DNA of 64,000 nucleotides. Source: Candidatus Binatia bacterium (GTDB lineage Bacteria; Desulfobacterota; Binatia; Bin18). Made by a program: the position numbers and the translations under genes. Positions 8,754 to 19,063 of this stretch are shown here, in pieces; the first letter of the stretch is position 1, and the number at the start of each line of letters is the position of its first letter. A model generated the notes under the pieces. The model ran no database searches. It was not told the DNA's origin and saw only the letters and a program-made list of their open reading frames with translations. The stretch spans positions 3,741,590-3,805,589 of the forward strand of contig OZ246888.1 in the NCBI GenBank assembly GCA_965231775.1. The letters are read 5' to 3'.

Positions 8754-9602
8754 CTACACTGGGGCCGAGCCCTTGAGCAGGATACGTTGATGGATACGGC
8801 GTTGGCCCGGAGGAAAGTCCATATTGACCGAGTGCGTCACGCTGCGGTTATCCCACATGAGCACGTCCCCGACCCGCCAGACATGATGATACTGATATTG
8901 TGGCTGAGTCATATGGGTATGGATTTGATCGAGCAACGCGTCACTTTTTTCTCGTTCCATCTCCAGGAGGCGGTCAGTCCGGTTCGAGTTGAAATAAATC
9001 GCTTTTTGGGCCGTCTCATCATGCGTCCGAATCAAGGGATGAACGACATCCGGCGTTTCGGCCGCTTCTTCCTTGGTACGCTTCACGGCTCGGGCCGGGG
9101 CACGCAGGGTGTCATAGCTGTGAATGGCTCGCAGTCCGTCGAGACGGGCTTTCATGTCTGCGGATAAATCTTCGTAGGCCGCGCGCGCATTGCAAAAGCG
9201 GGTTTCCCCACCATGTTCAGGGATTTCCAGGGCCTGCAAGAGCGTCACTTTTGCCGGAACCACAAAATAGGAATCATCCGTATGCCAACCCGAGCGCCGG
9301 TCGAGGAGCAAGTCGGCTGGTTTGTCTTCCGCCTTTTTATATGTGCTATTAAAGACCGAGACTTCCGGGGCCTCCTCAACCCGCATATTCCGCAGTAGTT
9401 GGATCTGGGGCTCTCCAAAATACCGGCCGACCTGGGCAAAGGCCGCCGGCGCCAGCGGTTCTGATCGCAAACACACGAGGTGATAGGTCAAAAAGGCGTC
9501 TTTAATGGCCGCGACGGTCGTGTCGCTGACTGGCCGGGTCCAATCGACACCGGCTACCTCAGCCCCAAGGGCATCACTTAACGGACGAATATGCAGTGTC
9601 AT
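8754..9602 (-). CDS. TauD/TfdA-family alpha-ketoglutarate-dependent dioxygenase
   Basis: Start MTLHIRPL. 'WHTDDSY' (H-x-D) and the C-terminal 'VTHSV' belong to the TauD family. Confidence 0.75.
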   Translation of the reverse strand: MTLHIRPLSDALGAEVAGVDWTRPVSDTTVAAIKDAFLTYHLVCLRSEPLAPAAFAQVGRYFGEPQIQLLRNMRVEEAPEVSVFNSTYKKAEDKPADLLLDRRSGWHTDDSYFVVPAKVTLLQALEIPEHGGETRFCNARAAYEDLSADMKARLDGLRAIHSYDTLRAPARAVKRTKEEAAETPDVVHPLIRTHDETAQKAIYFNSNRTDRLLEMEREKSDALLDQIHTHMTQPQYQYHHVWRVGDVLMWDNRSVTHSVNMDFPPGQRRIHQRILLKGSAPV

Positions 9603-9692
9603 CGCTCTTCCTCCCACAGCGCCGGACCGCTTGGCCGCGGCTCACGCGTTCGCCCTCTCTTTATGCCAGGCGGACGAGAAAAAAATCAAGCA

Positions 9693-10472
9693 TCAGAAAT
9701 GTGCCAGGTAGCCACCGTCAACCGCCAGCACCTGTCCGGTGATATACGAGGCCGCCGGCGAGGCCAGGAAGACTGCCGCCCCCGCGATTTCCGCAGGCTC
9801 GCCCCAGCGTCCGAGAGATGTTCGTCGTTTCAGCATACTGGCGATTTTCCGGTCCGCGACAAGCGCGCTGTTTGTCTCGGTGGCAAAAAATCCCGGCGCG
9901 ATGGCGTTGACGGTAATACCAAATGGTCCCAGCTCAGCCGCCAGCGCCCGCGTCAGCGCTTCGAGGCCACCCTTGGTCGCGGTATACGCGGCATCCCCAC
10001 TATTGGCAATCGGGCCGGCGATGGAGGTGATATTAATCATACGACCGCCGCCCTGCTCGATCATCAGGCGACCCGCTTCCCGGCTCACATTAAACGGCGC
10101 AAGCAGGTTCACGTCGATCATCTGGCGGACCGCGTCCAGCTCGAAGTCAAAGAGTTTGCGACGATCGCGCCGGCCAACGTTGTTCACCAGAATATCGAGC
10201 CGACCGTAGGTAGCTCGAATGTATTGGAAGGCGGCAGACACGGCCCCTTCGTCGGCAATATCACATACCAGCGCCTCGGCCCGGCCACCCTCAGCGGTAA
10301 TGGCGGCCAGCGCCGGCTCAAGCCGGTCCCGACTGCGACCGTTGACCAGCACCAGGGCGTCATGCCGCCCAAAGGCCCGGCCGATTTCCAGGCCCAACCC
10401 ACGTCCCCCGCCGGTAATCAGCGCGATTTTTCCCTCAAGCGAAAAGGCGGATGGTGTCACGACCGTCGGCAT
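9693..10472 (-). CDS. SDR family oxidoreductase
   Basis: 'KIALITGGGRGLGLEIGRAF' is a Rossmann TGxxxGxG motif, with 'YTATKGG' as the YxxxK motif. Its start overlaps the stop of the downstream-on-plus neighbour. Confidence 0.75.
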   Translation of the reverse strand: MPTVVTPSAFSLEGKIALITGGGRGLGLEIGRAFGRHDALVLVNGRSRDRLEPALAAITAEGGRAEALVCDIADEGAVSAAFQYIRATYGRLDILVNNVGRRDRRKLFDFELDAVRQMIDVNLLAPFNVSREAGRLMIEQGGGRMINITSIAGPIANSGDAAYTATKGGLEALTRALAAELGPFGITVNAIAPGFFATETNSALVADRKIASMLKRRTSLGRWGEPAEIAGAAVFLASPAASYITGQVLAVDGGYLAHF

Positions 10473-11305
10473 CAGGCGCTGTGGTCGCAGCCCCACTCGA
10501 TGCCATTGCGGAGCAGTTGTTCAAACGGCCGGGTATCCCATGAACCGCGAAAAACCTGAGGCGTTGTGCTCCCAGCATCGACACTCGCATCAACAAACGG
10601 CTGCATATTGCTGGTCGTTGAATGGCAGTGTCCCAGCGCAATATAGGCGACCCCCCCCCGGCCTAAGGCGCGGGAAAAACCCAGCACGCGCGTTTTTCCA
10701 TCCGCTTGCAGAGCAGAGTCCTCATCGTACACAAAGCCAAAGCCCGGAGGGGACGGGTCTTTTGCCAGCTCAGTGGTCAACAGGACCTCTGAAGCCGCCG
10801 GCTCCTGGAGTTCAATCAGATACAACTCGTCCATGACCTCAAACGAGGCAGGCAGACCCCTGGTCAGGCTATGCTGCTGATTGACCACATCAACCCGGAA
10901 CTTGCGCAGCGGCGGATGGTTCAGAAAGAAGCCGCCCAGGGTCGCGTGGTGGTCGGCCTTGACCATCTTGCGCACGCGCCGATCATCGCCGACCGGCGCA
11001 GCCTTTCCGCCGCTCGTGCCGTGCAGCCCCAGCCAACGACCGCCGTCTTCGATCCACTGCCGGAGGAAGATGTTTTGTTCTGTGTTGGGGAACGGGCCGG
11101 CGACATAGGTTATTAGCAATTGACACCCAGGCAGCCATTTGTCGATGTCGATGAAGTCGCCGCTGACCGAGGCCGTAACATTGGGCCGCTCGTGTAAAAG
11201 CTGAAGAAGCCGCAGCCGGGCGTAGTCCATATCGTGCCCAGCCGGAGAGCCCACCGGAAACCCACCGGTAATCAGGTGGACGCGAACGGGTTGGGAATTA
11301 CTCAT
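10472..11305 (-). CDS. ThuA-like (class I glutamine amidotransferase-like) protein
   Basis: The start at ATG about 11305 (MSNSQPVRVHLITGG) avoids an unlikely 47-aa leader. 'HGTSGG' and 'IALGHCHS' occur in the ThuA-like fold. Confidence 0.6.
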   Translation of the reverse strand: MSNSQPVRVHLITGGFPVGSPAGHDMDYARLRLLQLLHERPNVTASVSGDFIDIDKWLPGCQLLITYVAGPFPNTEQNIFLRQWIEDGGRWLGLHGTSGGKAAPVGDDRRVRKMVKADHHATLGGFFLNHPPLRKFRVDVVNQQHSLTRGLPASFEVMDELYLIELQEPAASEVLLTTELAKDPSPPGFGFVYDEDSALQADGKTRVLGFSRALGRGGVAYIALGHCHSTTSNMQPFVDASVDAGSTTPQVFRGSWDTRPFEQLLRNGIEWGCDHSA

Positions 11306-11494
11306 AAGACGATCTCCTTTTTCCGGGTCCTTGCCAAACCTCCCAGTAGCCGTCACCCTACCAAACCTTTTGCGAACACAACACAGCCCCTCTTTTGACG
11401 GCCTGGAAAAACCCATACTATTTCGGCGGCCGTAAAAGAGCCACACTTTCCTCGTCCAAAAGAAACAGAGAAATAGAGGAATACGAGGAGCACG

Positions 11495-12781
11495 ATGTCA
11501 ACGCAAACCATTGAGACAACCCGCTTTCTTTCTCACAACGCCGTGCGGACAATCGCGCACCGGTTCGGGACACCGGTATATGTCTACGACGAGGCGCGAC
11601 TCACGCAGGCGGCCCAAGAGGTGTTACACTTTCCAAACGCCTTCGGCCTGACCGCGCGCTACGCCATGAAGGCCCTGCCCAACGGCAATATTCTCCGTTT
11701 GTTTGACCGTTTGGGACTGCACTTTGACGCCAGCTCCGGCTTTGAGGCCGAACGGGCCATGCAGGCCGGCATCGCCGCGCATAAGATTGCCCTGACCGCC
11801 CAGGAACTCCCGCAGAACTTTCCGACTTTGCACGCCGCCGGCGTAGCCCTCAACGCCTGTTCGCTGGCGCAGTTGCGCTATTTTGGCGAACATTTTCCGG
11901 GCCAGGAACTCGGCATCCGTTTTAACCCCGGTCTCGGCTCGGGCGGGACGAACCGGACCAATGTTGGTGGCCCGGCGGCCAGTTTCGGTATTTGGTACGA
12001 AGACAGAGCCGCCGTCCAGGCCATTGTGCAACAGAATGCGCTCAAGGTCATTCGTATTCATACCCATATCGGCTCAGGCTCAGACCCCGGGGTATGGCAG
12101 CATGTGGCCGGCATGAGTATCGGCTTGTTAGAGCATTTTCCGGACGCTCATACGCTCAACCTCGGCGGTGGGCATAAGGTGGGACGGATGCGCCACGAAA
12201 CCTCAACCGACCTGCAGGAGGTCGGCCAGCCCGTGGTTCAGACCTTTGTGGCCTTTGGGGAAGCAACAGGCAGAAGAATCCAACTGGAAGTCGAGCCGGG
12301 GACATATCTGGTCGCCAATGCTGGCTGCGTGATTACCACAATCCAGGACCGGACCCGCACGGGCAAAGACGGCTATGATTTTCTCAAGATCGACAGCGGC
12401 ATGACCGAGGTGCTGCGCCCTAGCATGTATGGCGCTCAGCATCCTCTCGTTGTCGTCCCGGCAACAGCGGCAGCCGAGCAGGAGCAACGGCCGACCCTGG
12501 ACGCCATTGTTGCCGGCCACTGCTGTGAGTCTGGCGATATCCTCACGCCTTCGGCCGGCGACCCGGAAGCGCTGGAACCCCGCGCGCTCCGTGACTCCGC
12601 CATCGGCGACTATCTGGTCATTGAAGGCTCGGGCGCATATTGCTCCGGCATGAGTTCCAAAAACTACAACTCGTTTCCGGAAGCGCCGGAGGTGCTCTAC
12701 CGCGGGCCGGACCAAGAGCCCATGCTCATTCGCAAGCGGCAGACGCTGGACCAGATCATTCAGAACGAGGTGTTGGTATAA
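11495..12781 (+). CDS. PLP-dependent decarboxylase, diaminopimelate/ornithine decarboxylase family (fold III)
   Basis: 'GTPVYVYDE', the PLP-lysine context 'ARYAMKALPN', 'HIGSG', and 'GHCCESGD' are Orn/DAP/Arg decarboxylase family-2 signatures. Confidence 0.7.
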   Translation: MSTQTIETTRFLSHNAVRTIAHRFGTPVYVYDEARLTQAAQEVLHFPNAFGLTARYAMKALPNGNILRLFDRLGLHFDASSGFEAERAMQAGIAAHKIALTAQELPQNFPTLHAAGVALNACSLAQLRYFGEHFPGQELGIRFNPGLGSGGTNRTNVGGPAASFGIWYEDRAAVQAIVQQNALKVIRIHTHIGSGSDPGVWQHVAGMSIGLLEHFPDAHTLNLGGGHKVGRMRHETSTDLQEVGQPVVQTFVAFGEATGRRIQLEVEPGTYLVANAGCVITTIQDRTRTGKDGYDFLKIDSGMTEVLRPSMYGAQHPLVVVPATAAAEQEQRPTLDAIVAGHCCESGDILTPSAGDPEALEPRALRDSAIGDYLVIEGSGAYCSGMSSKNYNSFPEAPEVLYRGPDQEPMLIRKRQTLDQIIQNEVLV

Positions 12782-12800
12782 CGTAGGCGGGGCGCTGTCG

Positions 12801-13628
12801 TCAGCGTTGGTCGGCCTCCAGGTTCTTCTGTAGCGAATCGCCGATAAACGGTCGCAACCAATACGGGTTGAGAAACTCCTGTTCAATAAAACGCGGGTCG
12901 TCGCTCAGCGACGGACCGTGGTCCACCGTGGTCCAGTAGGCATAGAACTGCGTGTGCAGGAGCGGGTCGGAGATCGTAAAATCCCCCCTCTTCTCACGCT
13001 GCTTCAGCCAGGTGTGCATGGCGTCAAAGGCTTCAAGCCCGGCTTGTTGCCATAAGACCCGCCCACCGCCGTACTCCTGGTATAAATGACGCTGGAGTTT
13101 CCAGTTGGCGACCATCCAGCCGGCAAAACGTCGTCCGGGCGGTTTGAGCTGGCTATCAATCGCCTGGCGTTCGTCCTCAAGCCGTTGTCTCTCCTCCGCA
13201 GCCAGCTCCGGCTGGACCAGCGCCTGTTCAACCTCCACCCGGCGATCTTTGAGCGGATGGTCCTGGGCCTTGAGGCGTTCGTTATGCCAACCGTTAAAAT
13301 GCGCCATCGCAGTCGAGACCTCGCGCTCCGTGGGTTGGAGCTTATCCTTGTGGGCTACGCGATACTGCTGCATCACCGGGTGGCTGAACAGATTGTGCAG
13401 TTCGTTCGAGAGCGCGACGCCCCCGGTCGCCGTGAGTTGGTCTCTGTACACAGGCTGTCCCAGTACTACGCCGATCGGCTCACGCGGTGATTCTTCGGCT
13501 GGAGCGAGAACGGGCGCACTCAGCAACAGACCGAGGAGGAATAGTCTCGGCCATTGCCCCCCGGACCTCCGCTTCCCTGGCACTCCGCTTTTCATCGTCA
13601 AAGAACGTGCGGCTGTGTGATTTTTCAT
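12801..13628 (-). CDS. secreted hypothetical protein
   Basis: The N-terminal signal-like segment (RLFLLGLLLSAPVLAPAEE) has no recognisable domain. The start codon is uncertain. Confidence 0.4.
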   Translation of the reverse strand: MKNHTAARSLTMKSGVPGKRRSGGQWPRLFLLGLLLSAPVLAPAEESPREPIGVVLGQPVYRDQLTATGGVALSNELHNLFSHPVMQQYRVAHKDKLQPTEREVSTAMAHFNGWHNERLKAQDHPLKDRRVEVEQALVQPELAAEERQRLEDERQAIDSQLKPPGRRFAGWMVANWKLQRHLYQEYGGGRVLWQQAGLEAFDAMHTWLKQREKRGDFTISDPLLHTQFYAYWTTVDHGPSLSDDPRFIEQEFLNPYWLRPFIGDSLQKNLEADQR

Positions 13629-13773
13629 TGCTTGCTAACATGGCAGAAAACTTGAGGAGAGAAAACTCCGCTCGCGGTACGGATCTGTACCGGCATACCG
13701 CAGTTTTCTCATTCACTTGTGCCTGACCGCATGATAGACCTCTTTTCACACCGCTCCAGAGGAAAGGAAACGC

Positions 13774-14784
13774 GTGGCCTATCAATATACCGTCTACGGC
13801 CTGGAACTCAGCCTGTTCACCCGCAAGCTTGAAGCGGCCCTGATTTTTTATGGCGCACCGTTTGTCCACAAGCCAAAAACCCAGGCTAACCGGCAGGAGA
13901 TTGAGCACCGTTCAGGTACCCATCAAGTCCCGGTCTTACATACGCCCGAGAACTGGATGATCGGCGATACGACCCCCCTCATGATGCTGCTGGACAATCG
14001 GTATCCCGCCCGAGCGATGTTTCCTCACGGCCCGCTTGGCGTCCTCGCGCATGTCATTGAAGAATTCCTGGACGAGTGGGTGGCACGGGTGATGGTCCAT
14101 TACCGGTGGCATTATGAAGAGAGCAGCCGCTTTGCCGCCGAGCGGATTACCCGAGCGACTATGCCGGACGCGGACGAGGCAACCATTGCCGCAGCGCTCA
14201 CAAACGCGCCGATTGCAGAATGGGGAAAGCGCGCCTGTCGTGCCACCGGCACCGCTTCCGAGCAACAACAACGCGCCGCAGAGACCGAATATACCCGCAT
14301 TCTTGATGCCATAGACCAACAACTTCAGCAGACGCCCTATCTGTTAGGCAGTCGTCCGTGCGCGGTCGATACCATCGTCTTGGGCGGCCTGCGGGCGCAT
14401 ACCTATATGGACCCCGCCCCAAAGAAGCTCGTCTCTCAGTATCCTCGTATTGTGGAGTGGTGCGAGCAGGACGCAGGCCGCTGGGACGGGACTGGAGAGC
14501 TGGCGCCGTTCCCGCAATCGACTCCCTTTGCGCAAATGATACTCGCGGAAATGCCAACAACCTATAAGCCCTACATCCTGGCGAACTCCCAGGCCCAAGC
14601 CAGCGGCACGAAAGCCTTTGTTGTGACAACCTATGCAGAGGAGGTCAGCTACCTCTCCCGCCCCTATCCCGAGTTGTCCCGGCACATGCTCGTCAACCGC
14701 ATTGCGAATCAAATCAACGCAGAAGAACGCCGAACCGTCCAAGACTGGCTGGCCGCGGTCGGGCTGGCAGAATGTTTTCGCTGA
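13774..14784 (+). CDS. glutathione S-transferase-like protein (divergent)
   Basis: It has an N-terminal thioredoxin-like betaalphabeta segment with a 'HQVPVL' cis-Pro context and a C-terminal helical domain. The assignment is weak. Confidence 0.45.
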   Translation: MAYQYTVYGLELSLFTRKLEAALIFYGAPFVHKPKTQANRQEIEHRSGTHQVPVLHTPENWMIGDTTPLMMLLDNRYPARAMFPHGPLGVLAHVIEEFLDEWVARVMVHYRWHYEESSRFAAERITRATMPDADEATIAAALTNAPIAEWGKRACRATGTASEQQQRAAETEYTRILDAIDQQLQQTPYLLGSRPCAVDTIVLGGLRAHTYMDPAPKKLVSQYPRIVEWCEQDAGRWDGTGELAPFPQSTPFAQMILAEMPTTYKPYILANSQAQASGTKAFVVTTYAEEVSYLSRPYPELSRHMLVNRIANQINAEERRTVQDWLAAVGLAECFR

Positions 14785-14827
14785 GTTTTCATCGTTTGGC
14801 CTGGTCCGCTCTGAAGGAGAATTTCCC

Positions 14828-15922
14828 ATGCCCAGGAAAAAGATGTTGGTGGCGGGTGCGTCCGGCTTGGTTGGCTACGCTGCGGTCGAGTACTTCGCAC
14901 AGCAGGACGATTGGGATGTGGTTGGGGTTTCGCGTCGTATCCCCGACGGGCTCGCGGGCGCTGAGGTCATCTCGGTCGATCTGACGGATACGGCGCGCTG
15001 TGCGGAGGTCTTTGGTCGTATGTCAGACGTGACTCATCTGATCTATGCGGCGCTGTACGAAAAGCCGGGGCTGGTGGACGGCTGGTTTCAGCAAGACCAG
15101 ATGGAAACTAATCTGGCCATGCTGGATAATCTCTTCTCTCCACTCGAAGCCACCGCGCAGAACCTTCAGCACGTGTCCTTACTCCAAGGTACAAAAGCCT
15201 ATGGCGTCCATATTGAACCCTTTCCCGTTCCGGCCCGCGAACGCTGGCCGCGCCATCAACACGAGAACTTCTATTTTCTGCAAGAAGATTATTTACGTGC
15301 GCGGCAGCCCGGCAAAAACTGGCATTGGACAGTCTGGCGACCGCAGCTCATCCTGGGACAGTCGCTGGGCAGCCATATGAACGTCATTCCTGCTCTGGGA
15401 GTGTATGCGGCACTACGCCGTGAGGCCGGGCTGCCGTTATCATTTCCCGGTGGCCCGCCTTTTGTTGTCGAGGCAATTGATGCCGGCATGATTGCCCGAG
15501 CGTGCGAGTGGGCCGGGATGTCCGAGAACGCGCATAACGAAATTTTTAATATCACGAACGGCGATGTTTTTGTGTGGCAAAATGTGTGGCCGGCTATCGC
15601 TGACGCGCTAGGCATGGAGGTAGGCCCACCGGAGCCCCTGTCTCTTGCGGAAGAGATGCCCAAGCATGAAGCCGAGTGGACAGCGATTGTAAAAAAATAC
15701 GATCTACGTGCCCCCACCAGCTTGAAAGAATTTGTGGGCCAGTCCTTCATCCTGGCTGATTTTACCTTCGGCTATGGCAGCAGAAATCAGTCTCCGCCCC
15801 CCATGCTGGTGAGTACCATCAAACTGCGGCAGGCGGGCTTTCACGAATGCATGGATACGGAGGACAATTTCCGGGCGTGCTTCAAACGCTTCCAAGACGC
15901 CCGGCTATTGCCACCGCTGTAG
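14828..15922 (+). CDS. NAD(P)-dependent epimerase/dehydratase-type SDR (PRISE-like)
   Basis: The start at ATG 14828 follows AGGAGA. 'MLVAGASGLVGYAAVE' is Rossmann-like, with an atypical-SDR layout. Confidence 0.6.
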   Translation: MPRKKMLVAGASGLVGYAAVEYFAQQDDWDVVGVSRRIPDGLAGAEVISVDLTDTARCAEVFGRMSDVTHLIYAALYEKPGLVDGWFQQDQMETNLAMLDNLFSPLEATAQNLQHVSLLQGTKAYGVHIEPFPVPARERWPRHQHENFYFLQEDYLRARQPGKNWHWTVWRPQLILGQSLGSHMNVIPALGVYAALRREAGLPLSFPGGPPFVVEAIDAGMIARACEWAGMSENAHNEIFNITNGDVFVWQNVWPAIADALGMEVGPPEPLSLAEEMPKHEAEWTAIVKKYDLRAPTSLKEFVGQSFILADFTFGYGSRNQSPPPMLVSTIKLRQAGFHECMDTEDNFRACFKRFQDARLLPPL

Positions 15923-15969
15923 AATTGAGACATACAGGGTGAAGCAATTCGGAATACAGGAGATATCAC

Positions 15970-16254
15970 ATGTCAGCATACATGATCGTTCAGGCAGAGA
16001 TTACGAATCCCGAGAAGTTTCCCGAATACCAAAAACTTGCTCTCCCTGCCGTGCAGAAATACAAGGGTAAGATTCTCGGTCGGGGAGCACCGGACACAGT
16101 CGAGGGCCAATGGGCTGCCCCACTCGCCCTCATTATCGAGTTTGAGTCGGTCGAAGTCGCGAAGGACTTCTTCAATTCTCCGGAGTATACCGCCGCCCGC
16201 GAGGCGCGTGCGAACACTGCCAATTTCGTCATGTCTATTATTCCGGGCGCGTAG
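15970..16254 (+). CDS. DUF1330 domain protein
   Basis: 94 aa. 'MIVQAEITNPEKFPEYQKLALPAVQKYKGKIL' is characteristic of DUF1330, and this is the second copy in the window. Confidence 0.65.
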   Translation: MSAYMIVQAEITNPEKFPEYQKLALPAVQKYKGKILGRGAPDTVEGQWAAPLALIIEFESVEVAKDFFNSPEYTAAREARANTANFVMSIIPGA

Positions 16255-16297
16255 TAAACCAACGCGCAGGGTCGGGTCGCTCTGGCCCGCCCCTGCT

Positions 16298-16912
16298 TTA
16301 TTCTTCCTTTTTCGGCACCGAGGCCTGAAAGGCTGGGCGTTCTCTCAGCCGGTCGTAATACTGCATCGCCGTGGGGAAGGCGTCAAAGCTGAGGAACTGA
16401 TCTCCCAGGTAGATACTATAACCGACGTTCACATCGGCGGCGGAAAATCCACTGGTGAGTAAGTAGTCCCGATCTTTGAGGTGGTTATCCAACACCTCAA
16501 CCGCCTTTTCCAATCGACGCGATTCCAATTTCTGAACAATGGGCGAACGTTGTTCTTCGGGAATAAAGACCGACTGCTGGACTAGGCTGGCACCATGAAC
16601 GGCGACGGTTTCGGCGTAGTGTATCCACTGCAACCATTCATATCGCTCCGGATGATCCGGGCCGCGACCAAGCCTGCCCGCGTCGTATTTTTCGCATAAA
16701 TACTGTGCGATCGCGCCCGACTCGAAAATCGTTTGCCCCGCGTCAACCAGACAGGGAACCCGGCCGAGCGGATGGATCGCGAGATACTCAGGCGCACGCA
16801 GCACCTTGAGGTCAAAGGACATCTCAACCAGTTCAAACTCAACACCGAGTTCATGCAACAGCCACACAGAACGCGTCGAACGCGCGCCGGGGACATGGTA
16901 GAGCGTAATCAT
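16298..16912 (-). CDS. glutathione S-transferase
   Basis: 'MITLYHVPGARSTRSVWLLHELG...HPLGRVPCLVD...ESGAIAQYL' is a canonical GST N-terminal domain. Confidence 0.75.
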   Translation of the reverse strand: MITLYHVPGARSTRSVWLLHELGVEFELVEMSFDLKVLRAPEYLAIHPLGRVPCLVDAGQTIFESGAIAQYLCEKYDAGRLGRGPDHPERYEWLQWIHYAETVAVHGASLVQQSVFIPEEQRSPIVQKLESRRLEKAVEVLDNHLKDRDYLLTSGFSAADVNVGYSIYLGDQFLSFDAFPTAMQYYDRLRERPAFQASVPKKEE

Positions 16913-17084
16913 TTCTCCTCCTTCATATAAAAGCAGCCTGTGTTGAGCCTACGATGATATAGGTAGCAGGTAGGCCGCGTTCTGAAAGGAGAGGTAACGC
17001 GGAAGGGAATAATTTTCAGGATGGTAAAGCTGTTGACAGCGACCGCAGCCTTGCTTATGCCCTATTCCAAAAAGGAGCCTCCGT

Positions 17085-18212
17085 ATGTCAATAGAAGTAA
17101 CGGGCGGTTATGTCTCTGCCGACGGCCACGTTGTTGAGCCGGCCAACCTGTGGACAACCAGGATGGACAAACGCTTTCGCGACCGGGCGCCGCGGGTCGA
17201 GTCGCGCCCGGACGCCGACTATTATGTGATTGACGGCCTGGCACCCCTCCCGGTGGGTCTCGAAGGCGTCATGATAGAAGATAAAATTGCCGGAGCAATC
17301 ACTTCTGCTCTCGGACATCGGCACGCCGACACACGGCCCGGAGCGTGGGACCCGCAGGCGCGTTTGGCCGATCAGGACTTGGATCATATCCAGGCCGAGG
17401 TGATTTACCCCGGCATGTTGGGCCTGCACTTCTTTTATATTCGTGACGCAGCATACCAACGAGCAGTCATGCGGGTGTATAACGACTGGCTGAGCGAGTT
17501 CTGCGCGACCGCCCCGAACCGACTCTTAGGCGCTGGATTCTTACCCTTGCGCGGACCGATTGAATGGGCCTGCGAAGAAGCTGAGCGGGTAGCCAAGAAA
17601 GGGCTCCGTTCCGTATCCATTCCAACTGAGGTTGAGGAACGCCCGTACGCCCATCCAGACTATGCGCCACTGTGGGCGACGCTACAGGATCTGAACCTGC
17701 CGATTTCTGCCCACGCCGGGACAGGCACGGGAGAGGAGTTGCTGGTCAAGTTCGAGCGGATTGGCTTTGGCGTGGGACTCGTTGACGGCAAGGTCGGTAT
17801 GACCATGCGGGCCATGGCCGATCTGATTTGGAGTGCCGTCCCACAACGCTATCCCACACTCCGCTTTGTTATTGTCGAGGGCGGAGTCGGCTGGATTGCC
17901 TCCGTGCTGACCTATATGGATCACTGGTGGCAGGATCATCGGCGTTGGATGGAGCCTCGGCTCGAGGCGGCTCCAAGCACCTATTTTCGGCGTCAGTTCT
18001 GGGCCACTTTTGAAGATGATCGGGCCGGAATCCTGACCCGCGAAATGCTTGGCATTGATCGGCTCATGTGGGGTGCGGACTATCCGCATACAGAGGGGAC
18101 CTTTCCCTACTCCCAGAAACAGATTGACAAAGACTTTGCCGGGGTGCCCGAGGCGGAGGTCTATCAAATGGTGGCCGGCAACGCGGCGCGGCTGTACGGC
18201 CTGGACATCTGA
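17085..18212 (+). CDS. amidohydrolase-2 family metal-dependent hydrolase
   Basis: 'VSADGHVVEP' is an H-x-H-type start, with 'WGADYPH' near the C-terminus. It is paralogous to 3264, 30916, 37285 and 53448. Confidence 0.75.
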   Translation: MSIEVTGGYVSADGHVVEPANLWTTRMDKRFRDRAPRVESRPDADYYVIDGLAPLPVGLEGVMIEDKIAGAITSALGHRHADTRPGAWDPQARLADQDLDHIQAEVIYPGMLGLHFFYIRDAAYQRAVMRVYNDWLSEFCATAPNRLLGAGFLPLRGPIEWACEEAERVAKKGLRSVSIPTEVEERPYAHPDYAPLWATLQDLNLPISAHAGTGTGEELLVKFERIGFGVGLVDGKVGMTMRAMADLIWSAVPQRYPTLRFVIVEGGVGWIASVLTYMDHWWQDHRRWMEPRLEAAPSTYFRRQFWATFEDDRAGILTREMLGIDRLMWGADYPHTEGTFPYSQKQIDKDFAGVPEAEVYQMVAGNAARLYGLDI

Positions 18213-18223
18213 ACCGCAACGGC

Positions 18224-19063
18224 TCAATCTTCTTTCAGAAACAGGCCCTCCATCAACTGTGATGCCAAGGCGGTCATCGGCAGCGCGGCCCCAACGTCAT
18301 GGCCGACGGTCACCGCCAGCGAGATGTCTTTATAGCCGACTTTCGCCATGCCCGCGGGCCCACCAGGATAGTCTACGGCGAGGTCACGCAGCAGCTCCCA
18401 ATTCCGAGCGGCCCAGCTATCGCCCGAACTGGCCCTGATGACCTCAAGCATCTTTTTCGGCTCGATTCCGGCCAGCCGAGCGAGCCGCAGGCCCTCGCGC
18501 GTACTGTGTTGATTGACAATCACCATGAGGTTGTTCGCGATCTTGGCCACCTCACCCATCCCCACGTCACCGACGTGAAAGAGCGTCTGACCAATAACGT
18601 CAAACACCGGACGGCAGGTCTCCACCAGGGCGGCCTCCCCACCGATCATGATGGAGAGGGTTCCGGCCTGGGCGCCGGACTCCGCTCCGCTCACACAGGC
18701 ATCCAGGACACCGACGCCTTTCTCTTTGGCCGCCGCCGCGATCCGCTGGCAGGTTTTGGGATGAACGGTACTATGAATCACAATAATGGAGCCCGGACGG
18801 GCTGCGGCTAACACCCCAGTGCCGGCTGTACCAAAAACAACTGCTTCGACCTGCGCATCATCGACCACAATAGTCTCGATAATGTCACACTGTTCCCCGA
18901 CCTCTTGCGCCGAGCGCGCCGCCGTGGCCCCGAGCTTTTCGAGCTCCTGCATGGGCTCAGGACGAATATCATACACCGTCAGGTTAAATCCGGCCTTGAC
19001 CAGATTCGTGGCCATAGGCTTCCCCATAGCGCCCAGACCGATAAAGCCAATCTTCTTATCCAT
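18224..19063 (-). CDS. NAD(P)-dependent 3-hydroxyisobutyrate dehydrogenase-family oxidoreductase
   Basis: 'KIGFIGLGAMGKPMATNL' is an N-terminal Rossmann motif, and 'GDVGMGEVAKIANN' is an HIBADH-family catalytic-region pattern. Confidence 0.75.
   Translation of the reverse strand: MDKKIGFIGLGAMGKPMATNLVKAGFNLTVYDIRPEPMQELEKLGATAARSAQEVGEQCDIIETIVVDDAQVEAVVFGTAGTGVLAAARPGSIIVIHSTVHPKTCQRIAAAAKEKGVGVLDACVSGAESGAQAGTLSIMIGGEAALVETCRPVFDVIGQTLFHVGDVGMGEVAKIANNLMVIVNQHSTREGLRLARLAGIEPKKMLEVIRASSGDSWAARNWELLRDLAVDYPGGPAGMAKVGYKDISLAVTVGHDVGAALPMTALASQLMEGLFLKED

Noticed and set aside
9591-10559. Long plus-strand ORF (322 aa) and similar long antisense ORFs elsewhere (7352-8380, 4613-5515, 27616-28359, 39375-40100, 44130-44996, 45652-46422, 55181-55843, 58888-59664, 49662-50384)
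   Set aside because: Each lies antisense to a gene with clear family motifs. High-GC DNA yields long spurious antisense ORFs, and their translations are low-complexity Arg/Pro/Ala-rich with no recognisable domains.
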